Positions 13,540-27,659 of a stretch of 64,000 nt of DNA are shown here, piece by piece. Numbering within the stretch: position 1 is the first letter of the stretch; each line of letters begins with the position of its first letter. Made by a program: the position numbers and the translations under genes. Below the pieces are notes generated by a model. The model was not told the origin of the DNA, did not search any database, and was given only the letters and a program-made list of their open reading frames with translations. The DNA is from Tubiluchus corallicola (Eukaryota; Animalia; Priapulida): contig JAQGDQ010000104.1 in NCBI GenBank assembly GCA_030141605.1, positions 496,001 to 560,000 of the forward strand. The letters are read 5' to 3'.

Positions 13540-14180
13540 CCAACTATGCCAACAATGCCAAAATATCCAAACTGATTCCTACTAGAATGTGCTTGTGTGA
13601 AATCAGGTTATCAGTAGTTGTTGTGAGTATCTTACTTCTCTTTAGAAGTTATTATTCTCTTTATTATTAAAGCTAATATAGTTTTAGTAATAGTGACAGC
13701 AGAATAAACACCAAAATTCATATCCCATCTGATCGTTGGTCATGCATGGCATACAAAGAATCCTTTGTTCATTTGACTGGAAACTGTTCAAAGTGCATTG
13801 TGACATCACAAACAAAAGCAGAATTCAATTCAAAGCTGCCACTGCAGCTGAAAGCATGATCCTTTTATGTAGATAAATACCTACTTATTTCTGTCTAAGA
13901 ATGGCATCAAAACAACGGCAAAATATCCAAACTCATTTCTATTAGAATGTGCTAGTGTACATTAAAAAGATCAAGTTTGTCGGTGACTGTTGTGGGTATT
14001 TCATTTCTCTTAACAACTATAATACTAGTGACAGCAGAATAAATACCCTAACTGATCCTCGGTCGTGCACGGAGTAGAAAGAATCTCTTGTTCAGAATCT
14101 CAAATGATTGGAACCTGTTCAAACGCAGTGTGATGGCACAAACAAACAGAGCATGTACAATTTAAAGCTGTCCATTCACT
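13540..14180. repeat. Diverged tandem duplication (~360-bp spacing)
   Basis: aaaatatccaaact..tagaatgtgct..tagtgacagcagaataaa..aaagaatc..ttgttca..ctgttcaaa..tcaaagctg occurs at ~13560-13840 and again at ~13920-14170. Confidence 0.7.
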
Positions 14181-14221
14181 TTCGATTGCTTGTTCAGCTA
14201 CAAAGGGCATGAAGGTAACTA

Positions 14222-14439
14222 ATGGCACATTCAGATGCAGAAATTTTTCTCTGAGAGTAAAGTCGCACGTATGAATAGCTTGGCAACTTACTCGCAACTT
14301 ATTGTCAACTCAGCAAAAGTTGCTGAGGGTTAACAAGTTGTGAGAGAAGTCGTCAAGCCGTTCACACATGCGACTTTAATCTCAGAGAGAAGTTTGTACA
14401 ACAAGTTGCAAAAGAAGTCTATACATCTGAACGTGCCAT
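14222..14439. mobile_element. MITE (PIF/Harbinger-like TIRs)
   Basis: TIRs atggcacattcagatg ... catctgaacgtgccat match at 15/16. Confidence 0.7.
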
Positions 14440-15663
14440 AATAAATCTCATGATGATGCTTTTATTGTGAAACTACAACATTGTCACACCATTGTTTTCA
14501 TTTTTCAGACAACAGCAGCTGTTGTTAGTGTGCATTCCAAATACCATTTTCAGGCCTCATTGTTATTATTACAACGTTATTATTATTAGGCCTCATTGTT
14601 ATTGTGACTTATTACAGGGACATTTGTGTCCAATGTGTGCCATAGTTGCAAAATTTTACCATTGCCAATGACCAAGTTTCTTTTCTTAACAAATTCTGGA
14701 ATAAAATGCATTTTTTAAAACTTATCTAGCAAAGTCCACGGGGAAATGTCATTATTCCATTTAGCTTTTTTTACCACTGGATCACGTTATGTGCAACATG
14801 GCTTCCTTACATGTTGCAAATTGCAAATTTATCATTCCATTATAAGCAAGTTGTAGGGCAGCAGTACGTACTGGGTTCTGTAGTTCGTACTGGGACTTTC
14901 AGCCATCAAATGGAAGCTGATAGAGAACTGCTGGAGATATAAATTCACTATGACAGATAAGCTGACTTGGTTGACAGCTCACTCAAAATGACAATTATAT
15001 CTATTAATATTAGTATATCTATTATTATTATTCTACCTATGAAAATATTTACCAACAAGAACTACATAAAAACTGTACATCACATCAGTTATAAAAGAAT
15101 ATATTGGGTATCATTCTCTTCTTTCACATTAAGTTACAAAATCGAAATTTGTAATCAAAAAATAAAATCAAAATTTTTGTGATATATTCTCTTTTACAAA
15201 ATTGTTTTCACAAAAATGTAAACTGACAACTGTTGCAAAATGAATTTTATGGAGTATGGTTATTGATGGTGAAGGTTTAAAACACAGTCTGCTCAAAGCT
15301 CATAATCCACTCAAAAATCATAATACACTCATAATATTAAATCATAAAAATCATAATATACAGCTTAACTGGTATTAGGGGAAAAAAATTCTCTGAATTA
15401 AATGTTACAGCTTTTGACCTTTCGTTTTGGAACTAATCTTACAATCAAGGAAGATCGAATCATTATTTGAAGTTGCTCGTTTGATGAAGAAATTTGTGAC
15501 ACAGAACAGCAAATCATGATGTATTGTGTCAAAAAAAATTTACATTACTGTTACAACTTATATTATTATCACAGTCAGAAGGATGTCGAGTACCGCACGT
15601 GTGTCAACCGCATTCTGGTCACACCAGTTTTGCTTCAATATGACAGAATTATTTTGTACGTTT

Positions 15664-18600
15664 TTATTCTCGTGATGACCACACCAGCGTCTGTAGAGTG
15701 TGCGACATAGCAAAGATGTTGGCATAGCCCCTGTCATTGTCTTTTATGCTGACGACATAGTCTTCATCATTCCTGCAATGTATATAGAAAAATTAATAAA
15801 GAAAACAATGTCAATGAATTCAGGGACATGTTTTAGTCAGGCCTAACCAAAGTGTACTACAAATTCCAGTATTTCTAAAAAGTTCAAAGGCTATCTTATG
15901 TTTTGTTTTAAAGATGCAACAGCATATAATGCCTCATTTTCTTGCCAATAGATGTCACCACGCAAGAAAATTAGGCATTATAAGCTGATGCATCCTTAGA
16001 ACCAACAGATGGCACCACCTTTCTGAGAAAAATAGCTCGGGGCAGCCACCCATTTGAAATAGATTTGCAAACAGACACCTCTTCACTTACTAATGAGGGT
16101 TGACACTTGCTCAACTTTCATAACTTCACACTGTAACCACCCACTGTGTAATCCTAGTACTAATATTTTTATGCATTGGTGTTGCCATCTAATAACTGAA
16201 CTAATATAACATAGTGTACCTTTGAAAACCCAGGATTGGCACCTCATCTCTATAGCAAGATTGTAATTACTCTAGAAAGAACTGATTGATGCAGTAGAAG
16301 CAGGTCATTCCTAATTGGCGAAAAGTTTTCAACTTTGTTTATGCTAGCAGTGCACCAGTTATGCCAAAAAACTTTCCCTGGTCACCCATGTAAATTCTAA
16401 CCAGCAGTGGTATCACTTAACTAGTTCTCTGACCTGCAAAACTACGATATCGACAGTCAAAAGAAATGTTAATTTCTCACTGATGCATGTGACCATAGAA
16501 CTGAAAACAAAATAGTCTTGAATGCTGATCACGGAATGTACTTTGAAAAAAAAGTACTTCAAACATTTTTTATTCTTGTAAAGTTGTCTACGTACCTGTT
16601 GAGCACCGTAATGACAACCAAATTCTCAGGTGTGATGAATCCAGAGACTTCTACACATTTTGTTTTACTAACTGATAACCCAATTCGCTTCGATCCAGGT
16701 CGAACAAACTTGCTGAAACGGTAAAATGATACGACCAGTTAGAGAGCTGACTGCGACGATTCTTGTCGTTATTACACCAGAACAGCAAGAACAGCATGAA
16801 AAAGTTTTTCAATGTAAGACTGTAGCACATTGTTAGTGGATTGTGGAATATTTGGTGTACATTGAGCAGAATGTGGATACATTCTCATACTTGGATGCAT
16901 TTAAAATTCTTTACTGAGAGAAATAGCTCAAGGCAATTTGGCAGATGAAATCACCCATCTGAAATCAGTTTTTCAAACAGTCACCTGTTCACTTACTAAT
17001 GAGGGTTGACATTGCTCAACTGTCGTGACTTCACACTATGACCTACAGTCACCTATCCACTTTCTAACAAGGATCGACACTGCTCAACTTTCATGACTTC
17101 ACACTATACAGCCAATACCCGACAGTGGGTGAGACCACTTTCTCTTAGCTTGGAGAAATTCATCAAACCTAGGCTAGTGCCATCCCCTCACACACTATGA
17201 ACATGGATTGAGGTTCCAAAGTATGCTGTTCGCTTGTTATGTAAATCGTAGATAACTGACTGTGGTGAAGTTTTTTCAGCTTGGACAGCCACAAGCCACT
17301 GAGTTGTACCATTAACTTGGACTTTACAAAAATTCTCACCTAAAGTGACCCATTGCATAGAACATTGGCTGTTTATAAAACTCGTCAGTTTCGTAATTTA
17401 CGATCACTGGACTGTCTACGAAATTCTTATCCCAGTTTGGTCCGCCTTTCATATCTAATGCCATGTTCCAATCGGTCCAACCTATAGCCCAGTTGTTAAT
17501 ATCCTGGAATGAAATTGAAGCTGATGTCATTTTAAATTTTCCTTTAAAGATTTACGTCACTTTTTCAATGACTCCTGTATGAAGCAATTACATCATTGAG
17601 CTGTAGCGAGAATGCAGTTCTCAAAGCTACTCATAGTAATTCAGTAGAATAGAACAGTTCAGCATTTACATTCTTTGAAATGCAATATGTTTGTACCGTA
17701 AAATTGTCTGCTTCACAACTTGTCTGTCCATGCGATAAGCCTTCTGCAGTTCCAGAGATTGATGATAATTGTGAAAAGATCAAAGGTTAAGTGTATCAGA
17801 CAATGCATTTGTGTACGCTTGACAACACCTCACAGCCCATGCTATTGTAATAGTAACAGTTTTAACATGTTTTAACAGCTAGCTAGAAACTTACCTAGTT
17901 TATTTTTTCTTGTTCCCAAGCAAGAACCTGCTAGTAAACTAGCTAGGCACATTCTACGCGCAGACTAATGCACAATTAAATAACGTCCACATAAAACAAA
18001 TGAAGTTACTGAATTGATGGAGAAGACGGTTTTGCTTTACCAACAAGTCATGTGACAGCTGTAGTTAAGACACATTGTTGTGGTACACTTAACCATTGAC
18101 CTACATGTGCACAAAGAAACTATGAAAAGGTTCATTGCAAGAGATCAAAGAAAACGTCAGAGAACCATTTTGCTCAATTTGCACAAGTGTTTTTATATTT
18201 TACAAGTATTTTATATTTGCATTTCATTGTGATAAGATATATTTTTATTATTTATTATATACAATAATTTATCACAATTTTTTCCTCACATCTTCCTCAC
18301 AATTTTTATCACAAATAGTGCTGAATACGGGTTACTGGCTCGTGGAGTTTTTCTCCTTAACGCCTTGATATATCATTTAGAACAACATTTATCACTGCCG
18401 TGGAATCCGTTTTTTTTGCTAAAAAATGGAGTAATTCTACGGTGGTGTCAAAATTTTTAAAAGCTGATAAAAACTTGATGCACGAACAAAGACAACATCA
18501 CAGTGAAACAGATTGTCAGGAAGAAACTGACTTAAGTCATAAGTCATTTATTTCACATTACACATTTACAATAGTTTCATGTACAATATATAGTGAAAGG

Positions 18601-20742
18601 GCCTACAATGAACATAATACAAATAAACTTTTATTGTTTCTACACAAGAAAAGCCTCACACACTGTTTACCTGTATACAAATGTATATGTGTTGCGGGCA
18701 ATCAAAAAGCAGGGCTTGTTAGATTGTACCACACAGTGAAAGAAAAAAGTAATGGAAATAATCTGAAAATTTAAAGTGAATGGTATGATAAAAAAATTTA
18801 GTGCTTAAAATGGAATGATGTAATGAATGAAGCTCATATATGAGATGATATAAAAGATGGAAAGACTATTATTTGTTAATAGTATGTAAAATTAAGATAA
18901 CTTGATTAAGATAACACCACTGTTTTGCCACTACTGTGAGGATGGATACTGATAGAAATTTTGATTACTCACTGATACTTACTTAAAATTTGATTTTTAG
19001 CATTTTTTTAAAACTAGTAATAGATCCGCTATTTTTTGCGGATTGACAAATCTCATTTCAGGCTTTTGGTCCTTTAAATATTATAAAATGTTTAGCTATG
19101 TTGGTTCTACAGAAAGGCACAATTTATTGATTATTTCTTGTATTATGTCTCTTAGGTGTCAATTTGACAGCAACTTACTTTGGAGTAACACTCAGTAAAC
19201 ATTACACTCAGTAACTTTGCAAGCAACTAACTCAGAAACTTTATTTAACCTCTACTGGAACTCGTAATCTGTTTAACTCATGTTTACTACCTTCAATTTC
19301 ATTTTACAGTTCTAAACCGCTATGGATTTCCACGGATACAAAATTTTTGTAACTCTTGATAACTTTTTTGTGCACAAAAAATTCACTGCACTACGTTGTA
19401 AACTAGGCAAGTCTGTGTTAGTACTGGTTTCCTCCTCATAACTACAAACATGTTTAAAACAAAATTAAATCACTTTTGTGAGTAAATATTTGCTTTTTTA
19501 AATATCTAGCAAGGAACTTGAGCAGTCAATTAACTTTGAAAAAAATTAAAGTTTTAAAGTAAGTTCAAAAGTTTAATAATTTAACTAACAAATGCTTACT
19601 TTATACCTGTATGATGCTGTGAGCATAGTCCTCTCCTCTGCTCCAGCTTCCAAGAGTAACACTCTCATCCCAAGGATTCTGTCCTCTACAAGCCTCCGTG
19701 GCAAGTATGAATCTGCCGGGGTATCGCTCGTGGGTTATTGACAATATTTTTGAAGGCACAAGAAAGTCCAAGTACCAGTGGACAGCAATGCCCGACACGT
19801 ACTGAGCCGCCTTGGGGTTTGACAAAATCTGAAAGTTTAGAACACACTCTTGAAGTTTTGCTGTTTCGATGCAAATTACTTTATGGATAAAATCTATGCA
19901 TGAGGAAAAAGAAATGCAAGAAATATTGTTGGATAAAGAATTTTAATTCCACTTTGGCATATTGAGACCAGCTTTCTATTGTTTTTGAACATTTATGCCT
20001 CTTCAGCCAGCATTTAGAATTTCAAATATAACAGGCCCAAATGAAATTGGAAGGAGTTTCCAATTCTCCACACAATTTAAATGTCGTACCCCCAACCCTA
20101 TACAAACCTTAACAGTAAACCTAACTCTAACCCTGATGCTAATCCCAACCCAAACCTTAATCCTAATCCTAATCCAGTACACGAACAAATTTCTTGAGGT
20201 GAATTCTAAACTTCAGCCAAAACTCTTTATAAGCAGCTGTCCATTTTTTCACCGGGTCTCTTGTCTGCAATGTTCTTTGCTCAGAAAACCATTTCCTTGT
20301 TAAATGCACCTCAGATAAGATCTCTTCAATTCACCTTATTTACTGACTACTGTAGGTTTAACAGCAACTGCCTTCCACTCTTCCTACCCTTTTGAACATT
20401 CTTTTATCCATCACTCTATCCTTGCTTTGCACAACTTTTTTTTAAGTTGCCTAAAACCCTGGTCTTTTTTGTTCTTTTTTCTGAATTATTATTTGGATGT
20501 GTTTACAATGTTGCAAGCACCTAGCAAGTTTTACTTCAGTTTCTTGCCATTTATTATATGCAAGCTGTCATATCAAAATTAAATCATTATTAGTAATGTC
20601 TATTTTTCTAAGTGTTTCTAGGTGTAACATACTGTTTATTTTCCCACGCTGTCATATAATCATTAATCATTATTGTTAATGTCTATTTTTGTAAGTGTTT
20701 CTAGATATTGTATTTGCATTTCCAAATAAACTTGTTATTATT

Positions 20743-20780
<38 letters not shown>

Positions 20781-23700
20781 TATTATAGAACTAACTAAGT
20801 AGATCTCTTACAATGAGAAATTTGTGTTTTGAGGATGTCTCATCTATTTGTAAATTTTGTATAATAATCTAATTGATAAGTGTTTAGATGATAAGCCTCT
20901 TCATGGTTTAGTTGTGTGCACTCGCAGTTGCTGTAGGTCAAAAGTTAAGTGTACCACAGTAATGCGTCTTAAATACAACTGTTATACATGACGTGTGTAT
21001 AAAGTAAAGCCGTTTGCCACATCAGTTCAGTAACCTCAGCAGTTTTACAAGGACTTTGCTTAATTATTCATTAAGGTCTGTGCATAAAGTGATTTACTAG
21101 TAGGATCTTGCTTGGAAACAAGAAAAATGAACTAGATAACGTTTTAGCTAGCTGTTAAAACTGTTACTAGCACAATAGCACAAGCTGTGAGGCGTTGTCA
21201 AGTGTATACAAATGCGTTGTCTGGCGCACTTAACCTTTCACCTTTTCACGATCATCATCAATCGATGGAACTGTGAAAAAGCTTACTGTGCAGCTCTCAA
21301 GATATATGTACATGTGTTCCAAGAATCTTACCACATCTGCCCACTGTGTCAACATCAACCGGTTGTCGTCCAGTATCATCAGCTTTATCCTATCATAACT
21401 TGCTGAATGCAGAGCTGGTCCTAGATCCGTGGCGATGAAGTCTCTCTGTTGTTCTGCAGTGAAGCCCATGGCATTGAACGGGAAGTCGTACAACATGCCG
21501 TCCGTGGGTTCATTCTGAACAGTCAAACCCCAGAAGCTGATGTTGTGCTTCTCGTATTCCCCTAGGAAGCTGCGAAAATGCAAATGAAAATTTGACATCA
21601 TCCATGATGATGAGGAATGGCACTCGTTGAAAATGTTATTAAAATGTAATTACAAGAACACAGAACATTTTATTTTCTTCAATCTTGTTTACAACAATAC
21701 AACATTTATTTACTACCGGGTGGCGTAGCTCAATGGTAGCATGCTCACTTACCACTCGAGAAGTTGTGGGTTCGACTCTCAACCGAGTCATACCAGAGAC
21801 TTGACAAATGATACCGCTGGTTCTTTGACCAAGCATGCGGGTTTATCGAAGTAATCAGAACCACTTTGGAAATAAGTATTAAGCTACTTGAGGTGTTATC
21901 CTTGGACTATGTCATAAACGAAATTATTATTATTATTATCGTTAATCAACAAATCACCATTTCCCTTTGTTTATTCTTAGCTTGGAGCTTCCTTGTTTAT
22001 TATCCAGGACCTTTTCCAGTTCCTCTTATTATATCTTGTTTTATACCTCCTTTGCTGACCTAAGAACTTTGGAAACAACACTGAATTGTGTCCAGTTGAT
22101 AATTACAAAAAAAAGCAAAATCGGAGTAAAGCAGATGCGTTTACTTTTTTTTACTAAAATCAAATGTGCAAAAATAACCAAAGCACATCAAAATGCATAC
22201 CGAACAAAATATTTTGCCCAAGCTTTATAGTACTTTCCTCCCGGCTCTCCGATCAGTTGCCCCATACCAGCCATGTCATTGTTCGTCTTCATCCAGGCTG
22301 GTGCGCTCCATGGACTGGCGAACAATGTGATTTTACTTTTGCTCATTTTCTTTGCTGCTCGGACAAGTGGAATCTAGAAAGAAAGGTAAATGGAATGGCT
22401 ATTGTCAAAGTTAGCGCATCTTGTTACTAAAATTTCTGTTGACAATGATGTGGATTACGGTGTGTACTGAGTGACCAAAGTAGAGTAGCGTTGACCCTGG
22501 CTTGTAACTGAGTGGGTAATTGAAGAAAATACATTGTTTTACGTACTCTACTGCCCGACAATTACTGTTTTTGGGGGAGACTACATACACATCTGAATGT
22601 CACTAAATCACCTTCGCCTGTCGATTATCTCATTTCAGATATTATTCTCGATTATGACCTAGGTTCTGATCCTGTCGGAGCCATTAAAGGAAAGAACAAG
22701 TCAATTACCAAGTCAAGTCAACTAGGTTGAGTTTATTTCACTGTTATCACTTAAACTTAGAAAAATATAACAAAGATATTTGCAAAAAACTACTAGTGCA
22801 GTATAGAAATTTTCAGAAATTTGAAAATTATGGCGTAACTGGTGAGCTTTCTGACTTTTCGTAACTGCATCTTGGCTTTCCGTAAGAGCGTGCTGCTTAA
22901 ACTAATTCAAACTTTTACAATTACCTAATTTTCATGTGAAAATATTACAAACTTAGGTATCTAATTTTTATAAAAAAATTATTATACTTTTGACGCGAAT
23001 TGACAGTGGACTGTTTTCTTGAGCCAATAAACGATGTCATTGGTGGAAAGATGGGTGTTCAAAATTGGAGCACCCAAGCACGAAAGTATTGTGACTTTAA
23101 AGTAATTTTACTAATTACACAACTTGTCACACTTTTGTTGCTAAATCCTCCTAAATTTTTCGCAGAAAAAGTTCCCGGAAGATTTCACCTTTCCTTTAGC
23201 GTTAAGTATACCTAGCCGTTCAGTGTCGAATCACAGTTTTTTCAGTTACTTAAAGTCAAATCTGACCCCACGAGTTCAGCTTGTTTATCATAGAAAAATG
23301 TCATTGCAGCAAAATGTGCCGAGAGCATACTGACAATAAACAAAGAATTTATTTGTCAAGCAAAATGTTATGCAATTAATAAGCAACTACCTGCAGCTGA
23401 GGTGAAAATCAAGACTTGAAGAATTCAACTGCAGTATGAGATGAACTGCTAGATGTTAGAGTAAGATAAGAAGTGATGACGGGCTATAAAATAAGAGGTG
23501 GAAACAAGTAAAGAGCCTTCGGCAAATAGCTTTTAAGTAAAGGTAAAGATATATGTGCAAAAGGCAATAGGTAATGAACAAAATTTCAGTCATTTCTCCA
23601 AAAAATATTAGAATCACATTCACGAACTTTGTATTTGATGTCTTCATTTGCCAGAGAGAAATTACTCAGTTCCAGGTCACCAGGCGTGTCATCGTACGAG

Positions 23701-26700
23701 TACTTGTGCGTCGAGAAATCTGTTCCTGCCATGGGTATCCTTCCCAATGTATATTCGATACCTAAAGCAAAATGAAGCTTTTTATAATGCAAACATGATC
23801 TATGAATAAACATGTCAAGTGTGACTGTTATTCACCTTTTAATGGTGACGCCCATTTCACAGTGATGACACAAGGAAATTAGCACATGGAACAGCGGAAA
23901 AAATCAAAAATTTTCAGAAAATGTTTGATATTTTTTCGAAATCTTATGATTTAATTTTGATTTAATATTTTATTTCAAACTTCACAAAGTTCATATACAC
24001 ATCACAAATTAATACAAATAATACAATAAATCAAGACACACAACAATAACACAAATAACAATTAACTTTATAACAAACTACGCCAATGACATCTAATTAC
24101 AGAAGTAAAGTTTACATCACTGTTTAAAATGTTCTTGAATATAAAATTTATACTGTTATTCAGCCTGACGTATAAACTGTATGCACATTTTCTGTGAACC
24201 ACATCAAAATAAATAATATTAAGTTTAGTAGAAATATATCTAGCGCTCGTATCATATGAAAAGTTAAACAGCTTCTGTGTTGATACATTATATGCAACCT
24301 TGAGTTTGCTAAGATTGTAAGAATAAAAATGTCTCCAAGTGGGCATACAATAAAAAGTTGTGCAGTAAGCATTAAACAATTGTCTCTTCACATTAACTGA
24401 ACAGTGAGTAAATTTCATGAGTAATTTGTTTGCTCTACCATAGTAAATTGAACATTGTCGTAATATATCTAAATCATCTCTATTGTCATCTGATAAAATA
24501 TGACCCAATGCAACAAGAAAGTTTGATTCACAGTCAAACTTAACTGCAGCTACCTTCGAGTTGCAGGTTTGTAGCTATTGCTCGTCAACATGGACAATGA
24601 AAACGACGTCTTGTTTTTACTAAGTGTTTACTATTATTACTATAGTATTAATTACTGTCCTTATTGAGTGCAACCAAATAATGGATAAAGACAGCAGCAC
24701 CATGGGGTGGTTGTATGGACAATAGATAAACTATTGGGAGAAATTTTACAGTAACACTAGAATATAGCCGTGGCTGTTGCGTGAATAAAATATAAAATCG
24801 TCTGTATTTTACACCATAAAAAGGCTAAATCTACTCATTTTTACTGAAATGTTTTAATTGTTGTTCGTTAAACAAGAACGAAGTAACCAAGCAGTTAAAT
24901 TTTCATCCGAATTGTGCTAGGATTTCTCGTGAAAATGCAACATTTAGTATTTCTACCATGCTGCAATTTTCCTCCTGAGGAGAATGCACAGCTTCTAGCT
25001 GGTAGCAGAATTCCTCACAAAGAATTGTACGAGGAAACTTCCTCATGAGGCGTTAATTTTAATGTGCAGTGCGCCATAGACCACAATGTGTTCCATTTTC
25101 GGGAGGATTTTGATGTGTATCCTCACTGCGAAATGGACCTTAGGCATCAATTACTTGAATCAAGTCACCTAGACCAAGCAGAAGCTATTGTATTACTATT
25201 TAAGAATACATCTGTGATGTTATGACTCACAATCGATTAGCAATATTTCATAGGTTACAAACACGCATTTCAAAGACATAATGACTCCCAAAATTTTGCA
25301 TGTTGCTAAGTTAAGAAAGGCAAGAATTCCTCACAAAGGTGCTAAGTTAAGAAGAAAAGGAAGAAAAGGCAATTTTAAAGTATGTCCGGAAAAAATTTCA
25401 TGCAAAGCTTTATTATTCAGCGTTATGCTTACCTGCTTAAAAGACTTATGAAACTGACTTATGTAACTAGAAAAGAAAATTCTTAGTAATTTAAATGTTT
25501 GTGCCAACAGGTCAAATGTTACTGACTTATCTCCTCAGTGTGCACCGCTAACTCACAAAAGTGTATTTTTAATCTTATTGACAATATACAGTGTTTTATA
25601 GTTTTGTTTAGTTAGTGAAGTGTGCACTACGAATCCTCTGATTATTTTTTCATACTTTAGGCAATGTTATCTAAACTTGTTTCAAACTAGTTCCCATCAA
25701 AATGGCTGCGCGTAATGGTCATCGTGGGAGTTTAAATTTTCACGTTTTAAACAGAATTTCTTTTTTTGGAATAATTTCTTTTGTTTGCCTTCCAACTAAA
25801 TACAAAAAACTATATAGCAGTAATCAACAATATTTAAAGAAGGGCGGAATGGCAAAAGACCAAGCACTGTTTACAGCATTACTGCTAACACAAACCATGT
25901 ATGCAATAAGACAGTAAGCAGGTAATATAAAATTTCAAATAAAAATTTTTTAGTTTGATGTAAGTAAACTGTTTTCTTGTGCTTTAAGCATCATTCAACA
26001 CTGTAAAAGATATATGAGTGCCATAAATTAGCACAGTGGAGGACTTGGTGAAATGAAAACTACAAAAGACTATAAGTCAAAGTTCACAGCATGTCAAATT
26101 GGTTCAGCATTAACATGACATGAATAAAGAGTGATAAAATGACATGACTAGTAAAGAAACTAAAGGGATTATTGTAAAGATCGTGTCAAAGGTCATAAGG
26201 TCATGTCAAAGGTCATAAAAGATTTGGGCAAAGGCTAACTGTGTTATTTTGCAGAGGTCATGCTGAGCAGCCAAAGACTGAAAAATATTAAGAAAAGGTC
26301 GACTTTCTTTTATTGTGAAAATCATGTAAAAAGTCAAAAAGCATTTAGGTTACTTCACCTTTCTTATATTACAAAAGTTATACCAAAAGTCAAAAAGTAT
26401 TTAGGTTACGTTACCTTTCTTATATTACAAAAGTTATACCAAAAGTCAAAAAGCATTTAGGTTACGTTACCTTTCTTATATTACAAAAGTTATACCAAAA
26501 GTCAAAAAGTATTTAGGTTACGTTACCTTTCTTATATTACAAAAGTTATACCAAAAGTCAAAAAGTATTTAGGTTACGTTACCTTTCTTATATTACAAAA
26601 GTTATACCAAAAGTCAAAAACATTTAGGTTACGTTACCTTTCTTATATTACAAAAGTTATACCAAAAGTCAAAAAGTATTTAGGTTACATTACCTTTCTT

Positions 26701-27605
26701 ATATTACAAAAGTTATACCAAAAGTCAAAAACATTTAGGTTACGTTACCTTTCTTATATTACAAAAGTTATACCAAAAGTCAAAAAGTAAACTTACCTTC
26801 TTATATTACAAAAGTTATACCAAAAGTCAAAAAGTATTTAGGTTACTTACCTTTCTTATATTACAAAAGTTATACCAAAAGTCAAAAAATTTAGGTTACG
26901 TTACCTTTCTTATATTACAAAAGTTATACCAAAAGTCAAAAAGTATTTAGGTTACGTTACCTTTCTTATATTACAAAAGTTATACCAAAAGTCAAAAAGT
27001 ATTTAGGTTACGTTACCTTTCTTATATTACAAAAGTTATACCAAAACTCAAAGACATTTAGCCAAAGGTCCTTGTTCTTATATTTACAGAAAAGGAGAAT
27101 GTCAGCAGCATTATTTAATGTTTTGGCAAATGTGGCTTGTTGGGGTCAAATAAATGCAGGATTAAGATTACGATTAATATTGTTTATTCATATGGAAGGG
27201 TGGCAAAAGACCACAGAGTCAACTAAGTCAGCCACTTTTATTTACAGATTTAATACCTTTTGTACATGGCTGGATAAGAGTTCATTTATAACACTACCGA
27301 CTTTAGAAATTCCTTCGATGAAGTTTATTTTGGCGTAAGAAAGTAAAATAATGCAAATGTCACCCATATATGTCACCTAAAGTTAACTTTGAGCCTTCCA
27401 AATTTTCTTACCTGTCTGATGAAAATATGACTTCAATAGGTTTTCCTGGGCAACAGAGGTCAGTTTGAGGACGTTGATTCCCGTTGCGTCGGTGAAGGCA
27501 CCGCCAAATCCAAGAATGGTTTGATATGTTACGTTCTTGTCCAAGTTTATAACAACATCGGGTTCTACAAGTGAGACGAAACTGTTTATGACAAAAAATA
27601 CTTGG

Positions 27606-27659
<54 letters not shown>

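Noticed and set aside
20085-20175. Telomere-like cctaa/aaccct repeats
   Set aside because: Short, degenerate and typical of interspersed repeat interiors; not a telomere array.
21716-21790. Possible tRNA gene
   Set aside because: A and B boxes are present but the acceptor stem does not close and it runs into a SINE body.
26330-27060. CRISPR-like regular array
   Set aside because: No unique spacers and a eukaryotic intronic context; it is a simple tandem repeat.
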